The notes under the pieces were generated by a model. That model was not told where the DNA came from, made no database searches, and was given only the letters and a program-made list of their open reading frames with translations. From positions 561,312-625,311 of the forward strand of contig RHPI01000772.1 of assembly GCA_009103225.1 (NCBI GenBank): a stretch of DNA of 64,000 nt, in the 5' to 3' direction. Both the position numbers and the translations under genes were made by a program. Positions 56,684 to 64,000 of this stretch are shown piece after piece. Within the stretch, counting starts at the first letter, position 1, and every line of letters begins with the position of its first letter. Source of the DNA: Chlorokybus atmophyticus (lineage: Eukaryota > Plantae > Mesostigma and Chlorokybus algae).

Positions 56684-59517
56684 CTAGCTCTCAACCATAT
56701 CATGGTCCTGGTCCTGGTCATCATCATAGAACTCATCATCGCGCGTGACCGTCTTGTCCCTCTCGGCGGGTGTGACGCGGACGTCGGGATCCCCTTCATC
56801 ATCGTCATAGTCCGGGATCATAAAGTCAGGAGGCACCTCCTGCATCTGGACGCTGGGTGCATGCGCGAGGTGGCGTAGGTTCTCAAACACCTGCTGCTTG
56901 ATGTTGTTCATGTAGGACTTGCTATTGAGGTTCTCCATGGTGGTGTTGACGGGGATGCGCAGTTGGTAGTCGGGGCCGTAATAGTTGTAGTAGTCGTTGG
57001 GCGGGATGTCATTGGGAAGCGGCTGCGAGTCCAGGAGCACCGCCGTCTCATACGCCCAGCAACGCGCCACATTGTTTTTTGTGTACCCGCCGCCACCCGT
57101 CACCAGCAACGGTATGCCAAACTTCTTCACAAACTTGACGCACTCGGCATGACCTGCAGCCATCACATCTTCAGTCAGCAAAACACAGTGGTTACAACAA
57201 GCAATCAAATGACTCGCATAAGAATCACAACGCATCCAAGAATCAAACACCGCACTTGCAACGAGAAGCTACAACCAGTCAGCCAACAACGACACTATTG
57301 ACTACATCAAACTACACTGCTTCACTTTGCTAGTCTAGTACTGTCGCTGTTATATATGCGACAAGCAAACAATGCCAATGGACTGATCATACACACACAC
57401 CCTCGCAAAAACACTTAACCAAGAGTTCAACAGATATGTTGAACAGTGGTGTTACTAATCACCTTCAATGGTGAGGTTGAAGACGCCAAGACGGTCGCCA
57501 GCGAGGGAATCTGCGCCACACTGCAGCACGATGGCGCCTGGTTGATACATCTCTATGACTTTCCGAATGATTGGCTGGAACAGCTGACGGAAGCTCGCGT
57601 CATCGATACCGTCCTTCAGCGGCACGTTGACCGAGTAGTGCTTGCCATTCTTCTCACCGTGATCCTTCACGTCCCCCGTACCAGGGAAGAAGAAGTCCCC
57701 ATACTTGTGGAAACTTACTGTCATCACCCTGTCGGTCAAGTAGAACGCCTCCTCGACCCCATCACCATGGTGCACGTCGATGTCAATGTACAATACGCGC
57801 GCATGATACCTGCACATGTGGCAAGCACGCCACAACGGTGAGACCACATACATGCGTGCACATGCCAACCAGCAGTTATATGGCATACTTAAGCAGCTCC
57901 AAGGTGGCCAGCACGAGGTCATTAATGTAGCAGAAACCGGACGCCTCGGACTTTTTCGCATGGTGCAGACCTCCAGCCCAGTTCACTGCAATATCGCTGA
58001 TGCCATGGTTTAACCTGATTGCACCATCTGCAGCACAAAACACCAGGATGTCAACACCAGAAAGACAATGGCATCATACAAATCGTCATTGTTAGACCTA
58101 CCTGTTGTCAGTAACACAGTCGCAGAAATAGCTTACCTATGGAAGCACCCGTGTAGATCTGACAAAATTCAAACAGCCCCTCAAAGACAGGACAGTCGTC
58201 TCCCAGGTTGTCTGCAGTTGCCATCAAAACATATGTTAATGGCGGACAACCAGCGTACTTGTGCGCGCGGCGGGGGGGGGGGGGGGGGGGGGGGGGGGGG
58301 NNNNNNNNNNNNNNNNNNNNNNNNNNNNNNNNNNNNNNNNNNNNNNNNNNNNNNNNNNNNNNNNNNNNNNNNNNNNNNNNNNNNNNNNNNNNNNNNNNNN
58401 NNNNNNNNNNNNNNNNNNNNNNNNNNNNNNNNGGGAGGGGGGACTGCATGCAAAATCCTCTTACATTGTTGTAGTTGTCGCAAGAACTCGGACTGGGTCT
58501 CTGGCGTCACGCGTTGCAGAAAGTCAACATAATCTTCCGAATGGAACTGCGCAAGCTGCACAGGGTATGCACGTCGTGGCCGCTGCGGTGAACAACAGTT
58601 TGTCAGGCGTTGGAGGATGGCGTGCACAGTGATGGGTGCTTGATACACAGGCAGATGCCACTGCCCCCACTTACATACACTTCTAGCTTCTTGTGAAGAC
58701 CATACGCCAGCATGAGCTTGTACGTCATGCAAAGCCTGTGCGGCTTCATCGGGTGGTTCGGCCCATAGTACACATCACCAACGCTAGCTGCAACGTGCAA
58801 ATAACACGTTCAGTAGCGGGATGCGAAGCCTCACCAGAGCACTACTCTGGGCGGCCAGGGGATTGACTGGAGTCAGCTTTGCAAGAATGTAAATACTACT
58901 TGCAGTAGGCTGTTGACGCATGCAACGCCAGTTGATCGATGGTAACTGCATGCAACAACTTGCACAACAGGATCGATGCTGAAGTCATACACATGCAAGA
59001 GCATGCGCGAAGAGTGACGCCAAACGGCAGCAAACAAGTGGCTGCGCAATATACAACTCGAACAAGTGCAAACGTAACAAGTGTTGGAATAGTAGTGCAC
59101 AAGAATACATCAGGCCTTAGTCTGCCACTACCCTGTGCAAACAATGATCCCAGTGCCCATCGTGACCTGGACGCTTCTGGCACAATACGCCGCAGAAGAA
59201 AGGGTAGACAGCCCTTTTCATTTCACAAGACAGCTTAACATGCATGTTGGATGGGGGAAAACAGAGCAAACAGCTTCATACAGATAGCTGTGCTTGCTTG
59301 TTGGACGAGTGCCAGGAGCTGATAGCAACATCGCAAGCAGATGAAAACTTTTTACGACGCATGTCACAACAGCAACATATATTGACAATGGAAACCACAA
59401 TCGGGTTATGCACAATCCAAAAGTGCGCAAGCAGGCAGGAGACGCTCTACAGCATGAACCATTGCCCACACAATTACCATCATAAAAGTAGCAGATGCGG
59501 TCCTTGGCGATAGGCAT
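56684..59517 (-). CDS. HDA9: Class I (RPD3-type) histone deacetylase, HDA9/HDAC3 clade
   Basis: Motifs [100 protein letters not shown] and [18 protein letters not shown]. Confidence 0.96.
58272..58442 (+). repeat. Poly-G run spanning an assembly gap (N 58301-58431) in an HDA9 intron
   Basis: Seen directly. Confidence 0.9.
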
Positions 59518-59816
59518 TGCGGTATTAAAGGTGGGGGAATAACTACAATATGAATACTACATGCAAACAGTCAGCTGGGTGACAGACCGCTGTCCAAGCG
59601 CACAATCCCCGCTCTCCTCCGCCGGCACCGCATACTGGACCCAGACCCCACGACGTTGCTACCGAGTTCTCACCGACCGCAGCTCGCTGCTCAATCTACC
59701 GAACCGTCAGCATGATTGTCAGACAGAAGACAACAACCTCAAGTACAAGCGCACCCCCTTCGCCGCCGCCGCCGCAGCCGACAACACCAGCGCCAACAAT
59801 GCTGCCTTCCATTGAT

Positions 59817-60036
59817 AAACCCTAATTGAGTTTTAGGTTTGCTCCCTCGAAGAACACAAACCATCCAGTATGCCGCTGCTGCTTCGCAGTCAAGCAGCGA
59901 TGCACTGTTTGTCGTTTATAGTCAGCTCCGGTTTGTACATGGATTTGATATCACTTCAATTCTGCCGGGCAGATCGGCGATATCTGTTCGTCGCACAGGA
60001 AACTCGGTTAGCAAACTGCAGAGACCAATTAGGGTT
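59817..60036. promoter_or_regulatory. Two oppositely oriented telo-box-like motifs in the HDA9/NAA15 bidirectional promoter
   Basis: AAACCCTAA at 59817-59825 and TTAGGGTT at 60029-60036. The telo-box is an established plant cis-element, but its function here is inferred. Confidence 0.45.
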
Positions 60037-60170
60037 CCAGCGGCGGCGACATCGGCGGCGAGGTCGGCGACGTTGGTGGTGTTGGCAATGGCGTGCAGCG
60101 TTCGGCGCCGTCGATACATGTAGCGTCGGCTAAGGGACATCTTTAGCTTTGCTTACCGGTTCCTGTAGCG

Positions 60171-63100
60171 ATGGGTGTCACGCTGCCTCCCAAAGAGGCT
60201 GGCCTCTTCAAGTCCATTGTGGTAAGGTCACAGACACAGGTTGACTTGTTGCTGGCCTTTGAAGTAGCATCTACCATGTTGTGTGTCTTTGTCAACTTGC
60301 ATGCAGCAATGGTGATTACAGCATTGCCATTCAAAGCCGCATGCAAAGACCGCAAAGAGTGTGGCATGGCTCGTTGCACAGTCTTTCTACGCTGGGTGAT
60401 TGCAATGTCGCATGCATGCACCTGTCGAACGATTGGTTGTGCTGGCACGGAGTAAAGAGCCCGGGGGGGGTGTTGGTGTTCGCCTGAGGCAGCGTGCTGA
60501 GTTTACAACACCCAACAGGCAAAGAATAAGGATGGAACCAAAGCAAAGGATCCCGAGGATGACCTCAGCCTGCTTCAGAACCTGTGGCAAAACGTCCTGT
60601 CTAACCCCTACATCTGGGGCTTGGCGCTCACATACTTCTGCATCTACCTTATCAGACAAGGCATTACATCGTGGTCAGTTTTCTACCTCATTGATCAAAA
60701 GGTGGGTTAAGATCAATGAAAAGACATACTGTTCACAGTTATGAGGCATGGCATGCCATCTTTTTGAACACCGTCATCTGATCCATACATATTCTGTAGG
60801 GAGTGCCCGATGCTGCTAGTGCCGCAGTCCGAGTGTCAGGTCTCGAGCTTGGCGGCCTCACTGGCAGTCTTGTGGCTGGGTTCTTGAGTGACAAGCTGGC
60901 AGCAAACTCCAAGTCGGGGACGGTCGGCAAGCGCCTGCAAGTTGTGATGGCGTACACAGNCACAGGCACACACCAACAGAAAAAAAACAGTATGCGAGGT
61001 CATCATGTTTGGCGTGATCCGTTCTGGACATCCATGAAGAGTCTAAGCTATGTGAGATGAACTTGTTCCAACATGTTTGCGCATGCAAGCGTTACTTGGG
61101 TTGGATCAGCAGCCATGTCTTGCATGCTTGCCAGTCACAAGTCATTGCAGAAGAGAGCTTCGCGTGACTGATATTGCAGTCCCTGGGTTGACCTGGTCAG
61201 TGTCTGAGTTGGGGAGCAGCTTGTCTCTCATGGTATCGTCTTGCAAGCTTGCACGGCAGTTCCGTGTGGTTTGCAAAACCAATGCCATCGTTTTGCATGG
61301 CAGAAATTCTACGAGACCAAGCAGTACAAGAAAGGACTGAAGGCAGCCGACCAAATTCTCAAGAAGTTTCCAGATCATGGAGGTCAGTATTGGACAGACG
61401 TTGTTTACCAAGTACAATGTGCATGCAAACGATCGCATGGAGCACCATTGGTCGCAGGACGCAGGAACTTCACTATTATACAATTACATACACACATCTT
61501 GATTGCGCATGTGCAGTCGGCGTTGTAAGCATTGCCACGTGGTGTGCATGCCTTGGTGGTGGTAGCAGCAGGTCTTAGGGTGGCTGGACAGTTGTTGATA
61601 AGTCATTGTTTGGCAAGGATGGTTGAGTATGAGTGCAACTTGCATGCTTCTCTGCAAGCACTTACTGCCTGAGCAACAAGCCTAGGTGCAAAGTGCTACT
61701 TCAGCCAGCAGGCCTGATAGTTTGCATGTCTTGGTCAGAAACGCTGGCCATGAAGGGCTTAACGCTCAACTGTCTTGATCGCAAAGCTGAGGCGTATGAG
61801 CTTGTGCGCAAGGGACTCAAGGTACGCGCAGATCACACTACTAGTGTGCAGCTTGGGTAGTACAAGGGGCCCAACCATGTCCTGGCACAGTTAGTAATCA
61901 GCATTTCTGCCTCTCGCATGCCATTGTCCTGACTACACTTGCTATGTTAACAAACACTGTAGCATGGAAACATTTGCAATGTAGGCTAGGCATTACGCCT
62001 TGATGCAGTGTTGTGTGTTTGCAGCTGGACTTGGCCAGCCATGTCTGCTGGCATGTCTACGGCCTTCTGTATCGATCAGATCGTGATTATAGGGAGGCTA
62101 TTAAATGCTACCGCAATGCCTTGCGGTTGGACAAGGAAAACATACAGATCCTCCGGGATCTGTCGTTGCTGCAGGTACCAAGTGTAGTGTGGCAGCACTT
62201 GCTGCTGGCAGACAGTAATCTATCAGCACATGTGTGTGCCCCACTTACTGTTTGCTTTAATCACAGGTCCAAATGCGCGATAAAGCTGGGTTTGTTGAAA
62301 CAAGACGGCAGTTGCTGACGCTGAAACCGAACAACAGAAATAACTGGATCGGGTTTGCCATTGCCCAGCATCTCAATGACCAGTACGTTGCAATTCCCGC
62401 GTGTCTATTGCACCACGATCCCAATGCGCCATAGAAGTTTGCTTGTTCCCGCTATGATCAAACTGCAGTCAGTGTTGGTATACAGCTCTTATGCCATGTT
62501 GCGTTGATTAGGCAAAGTGTTGCCACACAAATATTGGACGCTTATGAAGGCACCTTGGATGGCCCTCCGGAGCAGGAGCGCTACGAGCACAGTGAAATGC
62601 TTTTGTATAAGGTAAATGCGAGACAGTCATCAAACGCTGCGCGTGTGCCGTACATATGCTATGTGCTGACCTCCGCTGGATACCACAGGCGATGCTGTTT
62701 GAGGAGATGAATGATTTGGAACTGGCGCTAGACATCTTGACGCAAAACGACTTCCTGATTGTGAGTGGTGACTGGCGTGCCTTTGTATGCTCAAAGTCTT
62801 AGATTGAACTAGGTCAAGCTTGTCTTTGTGTACCCGTGCAGGCTGACAAGCTGTCACTGCGAGAAACTCGTGCAAAACTGCTATTGAAGCTTGGTAGAAA
62901 TGAAGATGCAGAGAAGCTGTACCGCGCGCTGCTCAAGATCAATCCGGACCACTACGGGTCAGCGGCTGTTGACCTGTAGTGTCTTGAACAATATTAGTAT
63001 TGTTGTGATTGCAGCCATCAGGGATCCGTTGTCTGAAGCGCAACACATCTAGGTACCATGATGGACTACGAGCGTGCTTGCATCTAGAAGCTGGGCCTAG

Positions 63101-64000
63101 CGGCGATTTCTCGGAGGATCAAGTCACCCGGTTGAAAGAATTATATGCTGAGCTCAAAAACCTATACCCCAAATCTTCTGCGGTCAAGGTAAGTGTTGGG
63201 GCAAATGGCATCAACTAGTGTTGTCAAGGAGCTGACAGGATATGGTGCCGTTTGCCTCAGAGGATACCGCTTGACTTCCTGTCTGGGGAAGACTTTCGGA
63301 TAGCTGTGGACGAGTATGTTCGACCTTTCCTGAGGAAGGTATGTTGAGTACAACTCTTGGCTTGTCTACAGTCTTGTTTGAAAATAGCCGTTGCCAACTG
63401 CCATTGTTGAGAAGACCCAATGTTAATGTTGAGTGGTGCACAGGGTGTGCCGTCGCTGTTTTCCGATGTTCGATCCTTGTACGCGCGCGCAGATAAGGTA
63501 CAATATCAATACAGGATCTATGCATGTCAACAGGGAGGGAGACGTGTACGTCAGCAATTTCTGTGTTGTGAGCTAAGCATGATGTAATATGACAACAGGC
63601 TGATTTCTTTGAGGAAGTGCTCACAAGCATGGATCGCTCCCTGTCAGAAACCGGCCAGTTTCCTCACAGTCATGGGTATTTCAACTAAATTCCATGTCTG
63701 CTCTCTCCTTAGTTATTTTGCGTCGCACAATTGAGAGAGTGTTGCATCTGATCTTTACTTCCTCAGGAGTACTGTGGAAAACGGTCCCGACCCTGAGTCG
63801 TCAGCTCTATTATTCACATTATACTTCCTGGCTCAGGTAACAGTATTATGTCGCCAGCTGGGAGGCGTCTGTCTGTTGGCCACATCTTTGCAACATGGTT
63901 TTCTTTCCTCTGCAGCACTTTGATGCACGACAACAGCCTGCACTTGCACTTGAAAAGATTGACGCAGCCATTGAGCACACACCGTCCTTTATTGATGCCT
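60171..64000 (+). CDS. NAA15: N-terminal acetyltransferase A auxiliary subunit (TPR protein); 5' part only, runs off the window end
   Basis: [17 protein letters not shown]|[26 protein letters not shown]|[62 protein letters not shown] and [14 protein letters not shown]. Confidence 0.96.
60471..60959 (+). repeat. Exact 489-bp copy of uhpC 49572-50060 inside NAA15 intron 1, bounded by a G run and an N; probable assembly artefact
   Basis: The copy includes the uhpC intron and shows no differences by eye. Offset is 10899; the left flank is CCGGGGGGGG and the right flank is N at 60960. Confidence 0.88.

Noticed and set aside
60387-61088. Second uhpC gene or uhpC exons within NAA15
   Set aside because: It is an exact partial copy bounded by a G run and an N with no start or end; treated as a probable assembly artefact (see findings).

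Overview
Eukaryotic, intron-rich, roughly 50% GC nuclear DNA with four N-run gaps and two single Ns. The gene set (LRR-type RLK/Pelle kinase, HDA9, plant-type CPSF160, intron-containing MAT, plastid-targeted UhpC, U11-48K) points to an early-diverging streptophyte green alga, Chlorokybus-like; this is inference. All gene models were assembled by eye from GT-AG sites and reading-frame continuity. In order, the window holds: a decayed Ole e 1-like/possibly tyrosinase-like gene (1-3056, -), a decayed pogo/Tc2-type DNA transposon with TIRs and TA target duplications (5913-8922), an orphan beta-strand-rich gene (9793-10811, -), a receptor kinase (13704-19483, -), S-adenosylmethionine synthetase, a PhoD phosphatase, a class I SAM methyltransferase, a fibrillin-like plastid protein, CPSF160, UhpC, SNRNP48 (U11-48K), HDA9 and the 5' part of NAA15. 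Three observations stand out. (1) The receptor kinase ectodomain joins 6 LRRs, two C-type lectin domains and a WSC domain in front of an RD Pelle kinase. (2) An SNRNP48 intron carries a tandem U12-type 5' splice-site motif (ATATCCTT-6 nt-GTATCC) matching the USSE minor-spliceosome feedback element, downstream of a 3' splice site that can introduce a stop codon. (3) UhpC, a transporter family attributed to chlamydial gene transfer, carries a predicted plastid transit peptide. Two exact duplications about 11 kb from their source and abutting Ns are probably assembly artefacts. I found no rRNA, tRNA, snRNA or CRISPR array by eye.
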